Virus record (IMG/VR): IMGVR_UViG_3300045993_000425
Span: 1-64,000 of that record
DNA length: 64,000 nt
Reading direction: 5' to 3' (one strand)
Source of the DNA: a virus
A program made the position numbers and the translations under genes. The notes beneath the pieces are model-generated. The model saw only the letters and a list, made by a program, of their open reading frames with translations, was not told the DNA's origin and searched no databases. How positions within the stretch are numbered: the stretch's first letter is position 1; the number at the start of each line of letters is the position of its first letter. Shown in pieces: positions 1-8,835 of the stretch.

Positions 1-2
1 TT

Positions 3-953
3 ATCAGTCCTAACATCGTCCTGGTGGCTTGCGGCTTCTCTGAGCAGGTGCTGGGGACACTCGCTCTGAACTTCCGAGAGGCATCCACCATCAACGTCCT
101 GCCCCTCGTCGCACCTCGCTCGATCTTGCAAAATGGCGAGGCTCACTTCCTAGACGATGTTGCAGCCATCACCGGGTCCGAGGTGCTTGACCCACTCCAG
201 AGGACTTTCGATGTCGCTCGCATCCCTGGAGAGTCTGAATCAGACATCGGTCAGGTTGACGGCTTTGAGATGCTGCGCTTCCGCTCGACCATCTTCGGAT
301 ACGCCGACGAAGACCTCATCGTCGACCGGGCAGAGGTGCTCGAGGGTATGGCCAAGTCTGCCATCTCTGAGCTAGATGGGCGAGCTCTTCGGGAGCGACT
401 TGCTGCTCTGACTGGTGGAATCGCGAAGTTGTGGGTCATCGGCTCAAGTCAGGGTGAACTGCGAGAGCGCAAAGACCGTGCTGATGACGCTGTTCGGGCT
501 GTCCAGGGTGCAATGAAGTCTGGAGTACTGCCTGGTGGAGGATGGACTCTGGTTCGTTTGTATGATGCGCTCAGAACATCATTCACCAAGGGCACCCCCG
601 AGATGGACGTTCTAGGACGCTCACTTATTGAGCCGGTGCGGCTGCTCCTATCGAACACTGGCATGACCTACGACGTGGCTTCTCATATCATCGAGGATAT
701 GCTGGGCGACCAGAATCAGGTCTGGGATGCCGCCAAGAGAATCTGGATCCCGGCTTTCGATGGAGAAATCCTCGACTCCGTTCCTGCCGTTCGCGAGGCT
801 ATCCGAAACAGCATCTCAATCGCCAGCCTTCTTGGGACTCTAGGAGGAGTAGTTGTCTTTGGGCGAGACATCGAACTAGAGCGTCGGGAGGCGCAGCAGA
901 CGAACCAGTACCTCCGCGAAACGAACACGTTCGATGTCAATGAGAGGGCTTGA
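3..953 (+). CDS. groEL: Phage chaperonin GroEL-like (5'-truncated by window edge)
   Basis: LRERLAALTGGIAKLWV..ELRERKDRADDAVRAVQGAMKSGVLPGGG and GEILDSVPAVREAIRNSISIASLL match GroEL C-terminal equatorial motifs; frame is open from position 3. Confidence 0.92.
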   Translation: MSPNIVLVACGFSEQVLGTLALNFREASTINVLPLVAPRSILQNGEAHFLDDVAAITGSEVLDPLQRTFDVARIPGESESDIGQVDGFEMLRFRSTIFGYADEDLIVDRAEVLEGMAKSAISELDGRALRERLAALTGGIAKLWVIGSSQGELRERKDRADDAVRAVQGAMKSGVLPGGGWTLVRLYDALRTSFTKGTPEMDVLGRSLIEPVRLLLSNTGMTYDVASHIIEDMLGDQNQVWDAAKRIWIPAFDGEILDSVPAVREAIRNSISIASLLGTLGGVVVFGRDIELERREAQQTNQYLRETNTFDVNERA

Positions 954-1210
954 TGCCGGTATTTCACTTCCACTGCCCAGAATGCCGTGAGTTCGACAGC
1001 CAACTCCTGACATCCTCTCGCTCAAGAGGTATCATTCGCTGCCGGAAGACACCTGGGTGTGGCGGGCAGCTAGTTAGGCAGCCGGTGCCACCCCAGATGA
1101 TCCACAGCGAGGTCATCGACAACGGCATCATGCAGCGAAGGGTCGAGCGACCCATCGACCAAGAGAAGTTGCTGCATGAGAGAGCCCAGAAAGACTACAA
1201 GGTCCCGTAG
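953..1210 (+). CDS. FmdB-like zinc-ribbon protein
   Basis: MPVFHFHCPEC...RCRKTPGCGGQLVRQ; ATG overlaps the groEL TGA. Confidence 0.65.
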   Translation: MPVFHFHCPECREFDSQLLTSSRSRGIIRCRKTPGCGGQLVRQPVPPQMIHSEVIDNGIMQRRVERPIDQEKLLHERAQKDYKVP

Positions 1211-1449
1211 AGGGTCTTGCAGCCGTACTGGAAGGCCTCCTTCTCCTCCTCGGTGAAGACGCTGAAGTCGGTGGGCTTCGAGTAGTAGGCAAACCCCTTG
1301 AAGAGTTCGACCTGCTTCAGCTGCCAATCGAGAGCCTTCTTGGCATTTCCGACGAGCTCGACCGTCTTGGGCAGCCCCTCGGTGCTGCGAACGATGTGCA
1401 GCTTCCGACCACCACCACGCCAGTTCGTGTCCTCGACCAGGAACTTCAT
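1195..1449 (-). CDS. Hypothetical early protein (84 aa)
   Basis: ATG at 1449 with RBS AAGGGAGG and a near-consensus sigma70 promoter upstream; GC3-rich codons. Confidence 0.75.
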   Translation of the reverse strand: MKFLVEDTNWRGGGRKLHIVRSTEGLPKTVELVGNAKKALDWQLKQVELFKGFAYYSKPTDFSVFTEEEKEAFQYGCKTLYGTL

Positions 1450-1475
1450 GTTGCCTCCCTTGTTGGTGTGAACCG

Positions 1476-1504
1476 ATACTATCAAAGCGACTCGCTGGTG
1501 TCAA
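1476..1504 (-). promoter_or_regulatory. Sigma70-type promoter TTGACA-N17-TAGTAT with TGn extension
   Basis: Reverse strand reads TTGACA ccagcgagtcgctttga TAGTAT. Confidence 0.85.
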
Positions 1505-1506
1505 CG

Positions 1507-1516
1507 CTTTGTGCTT
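1507..1516 (+). promoter_or_regulatory. CTTTGTGCTT box (putative middle promoter), copy 1
   Basis: Identical 10-mer also at 4009 and 14204, each at a gene boundary; ATG at 1526. Confidence 0.6.
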
Positions 1517-1525
1517 ACTGTCAGC

Positions 1526-3697
1526 ATGGCTACACCTACGCTCAAGCTGACCAGCCTCAATCTCCGAAGCTTCCGCAGTTTCGTAGATGAGCAGCAGCTA
1601 GACCTACCCGACAGTGGTCTTCACCTCATCGAGGCCCCATCTGGCAGCGGCAAGTCAGGCCTAGTAGAGGCCATCGCCTATGCTCTTGACTACAGCCAGT
1701 GGCCAGCGACCGAGCATCAGTCGTGGGGGTGGCTGACAGACCAACCGATGGAGGTGCGGCTGGATTTTGAGGTCAAGGGGGAGAAGGCGAAGATCGTCAG
1801 GGGCAAGAGGCCGCTTCTGTCTGTAGGGGATGTGAGCCTGACCAGCGCAAGCACCATCGCCAAGAAACTCCCAGAGGTTCTCGGGTGTCGCCCAGAGGTA
1901 CTGCGAGCCCTTACCTATCGTCCACAGAGGCAAACAGGTCTTTTTCTTAGCTTTTCTGACTCGGAGAAGAAGTCGTTCCTGACCGAACTCCTGAGGATGG
2001 GAGATGTCGAGAGGGAGATCGAGGTTCTAGGGAAGACGCTGACGGAGCTGGATAAGAAGCTCGCTGTGTCGAAGGCCAAGCTAGACCAGGCAAGGTCCGC
2101 TCTACCGCTCTCTCCTCCAACTGAACCTAAACCTGCGGATGTTGGCGGATTGCAGCTACGGGTGTCTTCTGCGCTAAAGCTGATCGGCGGACTCACGGTC
2201 GAGGTGTCTACTGTCAGAACCAACATCTTGTCTCTGGAGGAACAGAGGAAAGATAGATTGGTCGAGTGTGAGAAGCTGCTCTTGCCTGCCATCACCGAGG
2301 CTCAGGTCAAGCTGGAGGCTGCCAAGCTGACCTCATTTGAGGCTGACCCTGCTGTGGCTCAGATGGCTGGGGTCATCAAGAAGCGAATTGCGTATATCCA
2401 GTCTGGTATGTCCAAACTCAAGGAGCAGCACCTCTCCAATGTAAAGAGTGCCCAGACCCAGCTGGAGAGCATCAGAAAGGAGGTATGGAAGGCGAACACC
2501 ATCATCAAGGGGCTCCCCACTCTCCAGCAGCAGATGGCTGTCCTAGTCAACGACATCCAGGCCATCGAGACAGCTATCTGCTCCACCTGTCGGCAGACTT
2601 GGGTTGGTCTGGACGCAGAGAGAACCCTCGCTGACAAGAATAGGAAGCTAGAGGTACTCGAGAAGCAGGTAGCCGATGCCGAGAGCCAGAAAGAAGCCGT
2701 AGAGGCTCTCCTGGCCGAGCAGAAGGGGCAAGAAGACCTCCTGAAGGCACTCATGGAGGAAGACCCGATTCCTGAGAAGTTCAAGGTGGGGGAGGCTGAC
2801 CAGCAGCGTCTACTGATGGAGCTTGAGCAGACTCAGAAGTCGGAGCAGAGGGAGTTTGAGGTCACCAAGAAGGCTAACCTTGCGGTGCTAGAGGCGGAAC
2901 TTCAGGCTGCCAAGACCTCCAGGCAGATGCACCTAGCCAAGCTGTCAGTTCAGACTGAGGAGGAGGCAGCGGCAGCTAAGGCATTGGTCGACAAGAGAGC
3001 GGAACTCCAGACTGCGAACTCAGAGCATTCCGCAGCCTTAGCCGAACTGTCCTCGGTTCAACGTCTAGATGAGCAAGCCGCGAAGAGTTACGACGCAAGT
3101 CTCATGTCGTACCTCAAGCTCTCTGCTGCCGTAGACATCGCCAGCGATGAGGTGGGTGCCGTCAAGGTTTCCTATGGCTGGAACGAAGATGCTCATCAGC
3201 TTCTCAAGCAATTCCTCGGACTTGTGTTCGATGAAACGCTCCAACTAATCGCTGCCAGGGCAACAGAGCTTCTCTTTGGCATCCCTAACGTGCAGGGTAT
3301 GACCATCGGGTTCCTTTCTGAGAGGGAAACAAAGTCGGGATCGGTCAAGCAGGAGATCAAGCCTGTCATCAGCAAAGATGGGCACCAAGTATCTTTCCGC
3401 TCTGGGTGCTCTGGAGGGCAGCAGGCTGTCATTGAGCTCGCGGTAGACCTCTCCCTAGCGGAGGTCATCTCTGAGCGCACCGGAATCCTCCCAGGTTGGC
3501 TAGTCCTCGATGAGCCTTTCGATGGGCTGGGGGCGGCTGATAAAGAGGCGGCAATGGCTGTCCTGGCTCGCTCCGCTGCCGACAGGGCCATCTATGTCAT
3601 CGACCACAGCGCGGAGGTAAAGGAGTCCTTCGACTCTGTTCTGACCATCATCCACCAGGACAATAGGTCACACATCAAGTCAGAGAGCCTCCGATGA
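1526..3697 (+). CDS. SbcC/Rad50/T4 gp46-like recombination ATPase
   Basis: LRSFRSF, Walker A APSGSGKS, long coiled coil with CSTC zinc hook, signature SGGQ, Walker B LVLDEPF, IDH. Confidence 0.92.
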   Translation: MATPTLKLTSLNLRSFRSFVDEQQLDLPDSGLHLIEAPSGSGKSGLVEAIAYALDYSQWPATEHQSWGWLTDQPMEVRLDFEVKGEKAKIVRGKRPLLSVGDVSLTSASTIAKKLPEVLGCRPEVLRALTYRPQRQTGLFLSFSDSEKKSFLTELLRMGDVEREIEVLGKTLTELDKKLAVSKAKLDQARSALPLSPPTEPKPADVGGLQLRVSSALKLIGGLTVEVSTVRTNILSLEEQRKDRLVECEKLLLPAITEAQVKLEAAKLTSFEADPAVAQMAGVIKKRIAYIQSGMSKLKEQHLSNVKSAQTQLESIRKEVWKANTIIKGLPTLQQQMAVLVNDIQAIETAICSTCRQTWVGLDAERTLADKNRKLEVLEKQVADAESQKEAVEALLAEQKGQEDLLKALMEEDPIPEKFKVGEADQQRLLMELEQTQKSEQREFEVTKKANLAVLEAELQAAKTSRQMHLAKLSVQTEEEAAAAKALVDKRAELQTANSEHSAALAELSSVQRLDEQAAKSYDASLMSYLKLSAAVDIASDEVGAVKVSYGWNEDAHQLLKQFLGLVFDETLQLIAARATELLFGIPNVQGMTIGFLSERETKSGSVKQEIKPVISKDGHQVSFRSGCSGGQQAVIELAVDLSLAEVISERTGILPGWLVLDEPFDGLGAADKEAAMAVLARSAADRAIYVIDHSAEVKESFDSVLTIIHQDNRSHIKSESLR

Positions 3698-4008
3698 TTG
3701 GCTTGGCTCTCTCCCTTCTAGTCGTGGCTATCGCCAGCGTGGCCGGTTCCAGCATAGCTGTATCTGTCAGAAGTCATGGCTACCCCTGGTGGATGGTTCT
3801 CATCCCGCCTGTCATCTCCTCATGCGCCTGGACCTACATGGTCAACCGACTCAGGAACTACTCTCTTGTGCAACTCAGTGTGGCCTACGATTCAGTCGCT
3901 GGAGCCATCTGGATTTTGGGTCTCCTGTTCCTGTCTGCGGAGCTGTCGTCGAAGGAGATCGTCTCTCTCATCCTCCTACTACTCAGCGTTCTGGTCGTCG
4001 CATTGTGA
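3694..4008 (+). CDS. Small 4-TM membrane protein (SMR/DMT-like size and topology)
   Basis: 104 aa, four hydrophobic segments, ATGA overlap with the upstream gene. Confidence 0.6.
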   Translation: MIGLALSLLVVAIASVAGSSIAVSVRSHGYPWWMVLIPPVISSCAWTYMVNRLRNYSLVQLSVAYDSVAGAIWILGLLFLSAELSSKEIVSLILLLLSVLVVAL

Positions 4009-4018
4009 CTTTGTGCTT
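4009..4018 (+). promoter_or_regulatory. CTTTGTGCTT box, copy 2
   Basis: Immediately after the stop at 4008, upstream of the 4056 gene. Confidence 0.6.
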
Positions 4019-4055
4019 TATCAGTCCCGAACCCCAACCAGCACAAGGACACCAG

Positions 4056-4331
4056 ATGCCCCGTCAATCTGCCAAGGACCCGTTTGAAGCCCTCGACTCC
4101 GACTTCAAGGACACGATCTCTGGTTCCACAGTCGATGAGATCAACGCCCGAATCGCAGAGGTAGCCAAGTCCGAGGAAGAGAACCAGAAGGCCAAGAAGG
4201 ACGACCAAGACCTCGCTGAGAAGAAGGCGCAGGCGACCGAGGCAGGTGCTCAGTACAAGGAGGCCTCGAAGATGAACCGCCTCCGAATCCGCTATGCGAT
4301 GCGAGTACTCGGGGACAAGGGTAGCCAGTAG
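4056..4331 (+). CDS. Hypothetical coiled-coil protein (91 aa)
   Basis: RBS AAGGAC before ATG 4056; charged helical sequence. Confidence 0.7.
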   Translation: MPRQSAKDPFEALDSDFKDTISGSTVDEINARIAEVAKSEEENQKAKKDDQDLAEKKAQATEAGAQYKEASKMNRLRIRYAMRVLGDKGSQ

Positions 4332-4343
4332 CCCAAGCTAGAT

Positions 4344-4988
4344 ATGTCTCGCCACTCAGAGAAAATGAAGTCTTTGTGGGCTGATCCTGAGTGGCGAGCC
4401 AGAGTTTTGCACGCCAGAGGAAACCACTCAGCGTACATTACACGCATGTGGCAAGACCCAGACTTTAGACACAAAGCAATGACGAATAGGAAATCCGTGC
4501 AAGAACTTCAAGTAAAACTCGATGAAGGTGCTGCTACATGCATTAGATGCAACACCAAGAAGTCTCTTTCTGATTTTCCTCACTCCAGGAAGAAAAGGAG
4601 TGGTTTGCCAAGGTACGCATATTGCAAAGTGTGTCATGGCGAGTATCAGAGAGAGCTCAGATATCGAAACTTGTTCAACATCACCGTCGATGAGTATGAC
4701 AAGGTTCTTCAGTTCCAGGATGGAAAGTGCGCTATCTGCTGTCAGCCTCCCAAGAGACTTCGGCTTGCGGTAGACCATGACCACAAGACAGGCCTAATTC
4801 GAGGACTACTGTGTCCTTGGTGTAATAGGGCAATTGGTCAATTCAGAGATGACATGTCTCGTGTTCGTAGAGTCGTGGATTACTTTGAAAAGCCCCCCTT
4901 TAGCCAGGTGCTTGGTCAGCCTAGATTCGGTCTAAAAGGCAGGGTGTCTAACAAGGCAGCAACTCGTCGTCGCCTCAACAAGCAGTAA
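4344..4988 (+). CDS. Endonuclease VII-family (His-Me) nuclease, possibly a free-standing homing endonuclease
   Basis: QDGKCAICC..LAVDHDHKTGLIRGLLCPWCNRAIG; N-terminal CxxC..CxxC and NUMOD-like basic repeats; visibly more AT-rich than neighbours. Confidence 0.85.
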   Translation: MSRHSEKMKSLWADPEWRARVLHARGNHSAYITRMWQDPDFRHKAMTNRKSVQELQVKLDEGAATCIRCNTKKSLSDFPHSRKKRSGLPRYAYCKVCHGEYQRELRYRNLFNITVDEYDKVLQFQDGKCAICCQPPKRLRLAVDHDHKTGLIRGLLCPWCNRAIGQFRDDMSRVRRVVDYFEKPPFSQVLGQPRFGLKGRVSNKAATRRRLNKQ

Positions 4989-5032
4989 TCATCTGTTAGT
5001 TTCTAGTCTTCCCATTATCGGAGTCACTACAC

Positions 5033-7126
5033 ATGACATACGGCCCCACTAGCAAGTTCGCCCGAGACATCGCCAACCAAAAGTACCTACACACGTTGCC
5101 AGATGGCAGCAAGGAATCATGGACCGACCTGGCGAAACGGGTATCGAGCAATGTGCTGGGAGCTGTAGATGCACCAAAGGACATCGTAGGTGAAGTCGAG
5201 AACACAATCCGAAACCGGGAGTTCATGCCTGGTGGGCGATATCTCTACGCCTCTGGCCGTCCTTTCCATCAGACTCAGAATTGCCTTACTGGCGAGACAA
5301 AGTTCCTGACCTCTCAGGGTCTTAGGACGTTCGCTGAGACGGTCGACCGTGATGTCGTCGTTCAGATCGACGGTCGATTCTGGGCAGAGGCCAAGGTCAA
5401 GTCGTTTGGCGTCCAGGAGTTGTACAAGCTGACCCTTTCTCTGCCCGGTTTCGACAACAGGGAGATCTACACAACCATCGGTCACTCCTGGCGTGTCATC
5501 GATGAGACGACAGGTGCTCGCGTCAAGACCACCTTCTCTACCGGCGAGTTGGTTCCAGGTCAGAAGCTGTGGACTGTAGACATCGATTGGCTTGCATGGA
5601 CTGTTGTCTCTGTGGAGCCCACCTCTCGCAAGGAAGTCGTCTACTGTGCAGTGGTTCCAGATGGGAACGAGTTCGTTCTCGAGGGCGACATCCTGACCGG
5701 CAACTGCCTCCTGAAGACCGCAGAGGACAGCCGTGAGGGTTGGGCAGAGCACATGCGTAAGGTGTCTCTAGCCCTCATGACAGGAGCAGGTGTCGGTGTC
5801 GTCTACTCAAACATTCGAGCCAAGGGTCGCCCGATTCGGAAGACGGGTGGAGTAGCTAGTGGACCTACCGCTCTGATGCAGATGACGAATGAGGCTGGCA
5901 GGCACATCCAGCAGGGTGGAAGCCGCCGAGCTGCTCTCTGGGCTGGTCTGCACTGGAACCACCCAGACGTGGGCGAGTTCATTCGTCTAAAGGACTGGTC
6001 CCCTGAGATCCAGGCCATGAAGGCGAAAGACTTCAATGCCTCCGCACCGCTAGACATGACCAACATCTCGGTCATTCTGGACGACCTCTTCTTCCAAGCC
6101 TACCATGACGCAGAGCACCAGCACCACAGCCTCGCGAACACCGTCTACTGGGAGGTTGTTCGCCACATGCTGGAGACAGGCGAGCCAGGCTTCAGTGTAG
6201 ATGTAGGTGTCAATTCCGGCGAACATCTCCGAAATGCATGCACTGAAGTGTCGAGCAAGGATGACGATGACATCTGCAACCTGGGCAGCATCAATCTGGC
6301 CCGAATCAAGAGTCTGGACCATTTCAGGTCTGTCCTAGAGTCCTCTGTCGCCTTCCTCCTGGCTGGAACGGTCTATAGCGATGTCCCGTATGTCGAGGTG
6401 GATCGTACCCGCACCAAGAATCGTCGCCTCGGATTAGGCCTAATGGGTGTCCACGAGTGGCTCCTCCTCCACGGCAAGAGGTACGGTGCCGATGCCGAGC
6501 TTCAGAAGTACCTCGAGGTCTACGAGGAGTCGACCAAGATCGCCGCTAGCTTGGCTGACTCATGGGACCTTAGCCGTCCAGTGAAGACCCGTGCAATCGC
6601 ACCCACCGGCACCATCGGACTCCTGGCTGAGACATCTCAGGGCATTGAGCCCCTCTTCTGCGCTGCCTACAAGCGGCGCTACCTGAAGGGGACTAGCTGG
6701 AACTACCAGTATGTCATCGACCCTACCGCCGCCAAGCTGGTCGAGCAGGGTATCGACCCAGACGACATCGAGGACGCCTACTCGCTTTCCGAGGACACTG
6801 AGCGTCGGGTGTCCACTCAAGCCTGGATGCAGAAGTACGTCGATCACGGCATCTCCAGCACGATCAATCTCCCTCGCTGGGGGTCGGAGCAAAACAACGA
6901 GTCTCTCGTCAAGGCTTTCGGAGACATGCTGATCAGCTACCTGCCTCGTCTGCGTGGAATCACTTGCTACCCGGATGGATCACGCGGGGGCCAGCCGTTG
7001 TCTGCTGTGAAGTTCCGAACAGCCGCCAAACACATCGGTCAGGTCTTCCAAGAGGGTGGAGAGTCGGTGGCTTTTGAAGGTGGAGATGTCTGCTCGATCA
7101 CCAAGGGAGGTAGCTGTGGATCCTAG
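5033..7126 (+). CDS. nrdJ: Class II (B12-dependent) ribonucleotide reductase containing an intein
   Basis: FMPGGRYL, TGEPGF, NACTE, CNLGSINL, RRLGLGLMG, IAPTGT, ISSTINL, C-terminal CxxxxxxxC; no beta subunit nearby. Confidence 0.9.
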   Translation: MTYGPTSKFARDIANQKYLHTLPDGSKESWTDLAKRVSSNVLGAVDAPKDIVGEVENTIRNREFMPGGRYLYASGRPFHQTQNCLTGETKFLTSQGLRTFAETVDRDVVVQIDGRFWAEAKVKSFGVQELYKLTLSLPGFDNREIYTTIGHSWRVIDETTGARVKTTFSTGELVPGQKLWTVDIDWLAWTVVSVEPTSRKEVVYCAVVPDGNEFVLEGDILTGNCLLKTAEDSREGWAEHMRKVSLALMTGAGVGVVYSNIRAKGRPIRKTGGVASGPTALMQMTNEAGRHIQQGGSRRAALWAGLHWNHPDVGEFIRLKDWSPEIQAMKAKDFNASAPLDMTNISVILDDLFFQAYHDAEHQHHSLANTVYWEVVRHMLETGEPGFSVDVGVNSGEHLRNACTEVSSKDDDDICNLGSINLARIKSLDHFRSVLESSVAFLLAGTVYSDVPYVEVDRTRTKNRRLGLGLMGVHEWLLLHGKRYGADAELQKYLEVYEESTKIAASLADSWDLSRPVKTRAIAPTGTIGLLAETSQGIEPLFCAAYKRRYLKGTSWNYQYVIDPTAAKLVEQGIDPDDIEDAYSLSEDTERRVSTQAWMQKYVDHGISSTINLPRWGSEQNNESLVKAFGDMLISYLPRLRGITCYPDGSRGGQPLSAVKFRTAAKHIGQVFQEGGESVAFEGGDVCSITKGGSCGS
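5282..5704 (+). mobile_element. Mini-intein (141 aa, no endonuclease) in nrdJ
   Basis: QN|CLTGETKFLT (block A), TTIGHSW (block B), VYCAVV (block F), ILTGN|C (block G). Confidence 0.9.
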
Positions 7127-7538
7127 CCTGAAAGTTGTTCAGCTTCTGAAGGACGCCAAGGTTCCAGAACGGAAGACATCCGCCTCCGCTGGTCTTGACC
7201 TATGCCCTTATGACAGTGGCACCGTCCTAGCTGGTCAGATGCTTCGTTTCCGTACCGGCTTGGCATTCGAGTTGCCCTTCGGCTCTGTCGGGTACATCAA
7301 AACACGATCAAGTCGTTTCGCGGAAGGATTTCTGATCGAGGGAGTCATCGACTCTGATTACAGAGGCGATGTCTCTCTACAGATTCGCAACGTCTCTGAC
7401 AGGGTTCTGTATGTTCAGGCTGGCGAGCGGTACGCACAGTTGATTGTCGAGCCCTGTCTTCTTCTGAAGCCTGAGACTGTAAACGAACTATCTGAGACAC
7501 AGCGTGGAACTGGTGGCTTTGGGAGTACTGGCAAGTAG
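7116..7538 (+). CDS. dut: Trimeric dUTPase
   Basis: SAGLDL, RSS, GVIDSDYRG, RYAQL, RGTGGFGSTG; GTG start after AAGGGAGG. Confidence 0.95.
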   Translation: MDPSLKVVQLLKDAKVPERKTSASAGLDLCPYDSGTVLAGQMLRFRTGLAFELPFGSVGYIKTRSSRFAEGFLIEGVIDSDYRGDVSLQIRNVSDRVLYVQAGERYAQLIVEPCLLLKPETVNELSETQRGTGGFGSTGK

Positions 7539-7555
7539 TTGTGCTACATCGTGAT

Positions 7556-8305
7556 ATGCCATACAACCCAGAAGAGCTTGGTCAAGAAGTACCTGAAGGC
7601 GGATTGTCGGAGCCATTTGACTTCGCGTCACTTGGCGCATCCGTCTTCAATCGTCAGCCTGTGACTCAGCGTACTCCTGTTTCGACCAGGCAGCCTGTTC
7701 AGCGAACCAAGCCACCCTCCCCTCTCGACGAAATCGAGTACCGGCTGGGGTTGGCTCGCTACTACCGGGCCCTAATAGAGCAGCCTCTCTTCGATGAGGC
7801 AGACCAGCTATCTCAGGTCGTCCAGCATGAGGTCAGCGGCTTCATCATGACCCGTCTTGGTGAGCTCCTCGGCACCAGTCAGCCAAAGACTCCAAAGAGT
7901 GACACCTTCTCCCAGGAGGAGGTAGTTGCCCTGAAGTCATTTGCCAAGCGTCTGCTTTCTCCCTCTGCTGCGCCTCAGGTCGTCGCGCCTCAGGTTGCCT
8001 CGCCGCCCCCAGAGCCGGAACCTGTCGTCCCGTCTGAGCCCAAGGTCCGAGCCTCTAGAAAGCCCCGTAGCCTAGATACGGCAACCGCAAAGGCGCAGGC
8101 ACCCACCAATACCGCCATCCGCCGAAATCGCCGCTCAGAGGCTGCTGACCCCCCTGCCGCTGGCTCTGCCGAGGCTCCAGCGGGTGCTGTTCTACCCATT
8201 CCGATGCCTCGAGGCCAAGCGATGACGATGGCTACCGCTACGCAGGCTAGCCAGGCGATGGAATCAACAAATGCTGACATCTCTCGTCAGCTAGGTCTGA
8301 AGTAA
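7556..8305 (+). CDS. Hypothetical protein, Pro/Ala-rich C-terminus
   Basis: Long ORF; TTGTGCT box directly upstream (7539-7545). Confidence 0.7.
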   Translation: MPYNPEELGQEVPEGGLSEPFDFASLGASVFNRQPVTQRTPVSTRQPVQRTKPPSPLDEIEYRLGLARYYRALIEQPLFDEADQLSQVVQHEVSGFIMTRLGELLGTSQPKTPKSDTFSQEEVVALKSFAKRLLSPSAAPQVVAPQVASPPPEPEPVVPSEPKVRASRKPRSLDTATAKAQAPTNTAIRRNRRSEAADPPAAGSAEAPAGAVLPIPMPRGQAMTMATATQASQAMESTNADISRQLGLK

Positions 8306-8320
8306 CCACCAGGAGACGCA

Positions 8321-8833
8321 ATGAAACTCAAGGACGCGACAAAGAACCTCACCCAGTTCACTGCCAAGCTAGCTCAGGAGGTGCAGGACGAACTGAATAA
8401 CATCAACGCCAAAATCAATCGCATTGAGGCTGTCATTTCAGCCGTAGTGAACGTGATTGGCGAGAGCAGCGTTAACACAGAGCTTGCTGCTTTGCGGGAT
8501 GGCGCAGAGGCCAAGAATGTCGAGAAGCAGACAGCCAACGTAAAGTACCTCATCGACAGCAAGGTACTTCTGCCAATCGACACCGTAGCCATGAACAGCT
8601 TCGTTGTTGGCGTGGAGAAACTGGACGAAGGCAATGTCGAGCACCGGGTGCAGTTTGAAGTCGCTGGTCTGAATCCCGAGGTGTCTACCAAGGTGGTCGG
8701 AAGCAAGGTGGGCGACACCATCAAAAACGCCAAGTCCAGCCTGGTGATCAGGGAGATTTACGATATCGACGCTGCCCAGGCTGAGAAGACCATCAAGCCG
8801 CCTCTCGATGCTGCACCGGCTGCTCAGGCCTAA
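8321..8833 (+). CDS. GreA/Rnk-like transcription factor (divergent)
   Basis: N-terminal coiled coil with GESSVNTELAALR (cf. GDLxENAEYHAAR); C-terminal DTVAMNSFV...VVGSKVGDTI...IREI (cf. Gre/Rnk C-domain). Confidence 0.55.
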   Translation: MKLKDATKNLTQFTAKLAQEVQDELNNINAKINRIEAVISAVVNVIGESSVNTELAALRDGAEAKNVEKQTANVKYLIDSKVLLPIDTVAMNSFVVGVEKLDEGNVEHRVQFEVAGLNPEVSTKVVGSKVGDTIKNAKSSLVIREIYDIDAAQAEKTIKPPLDAAPAAQA

Positions 8834-8835
8834 GT

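Noticed and set aside
4985-4993. AATCAT upstream of nrdJ as a late promoter
   Set aside because: Mismatches the AATCT core and precedes a replication-phase gene
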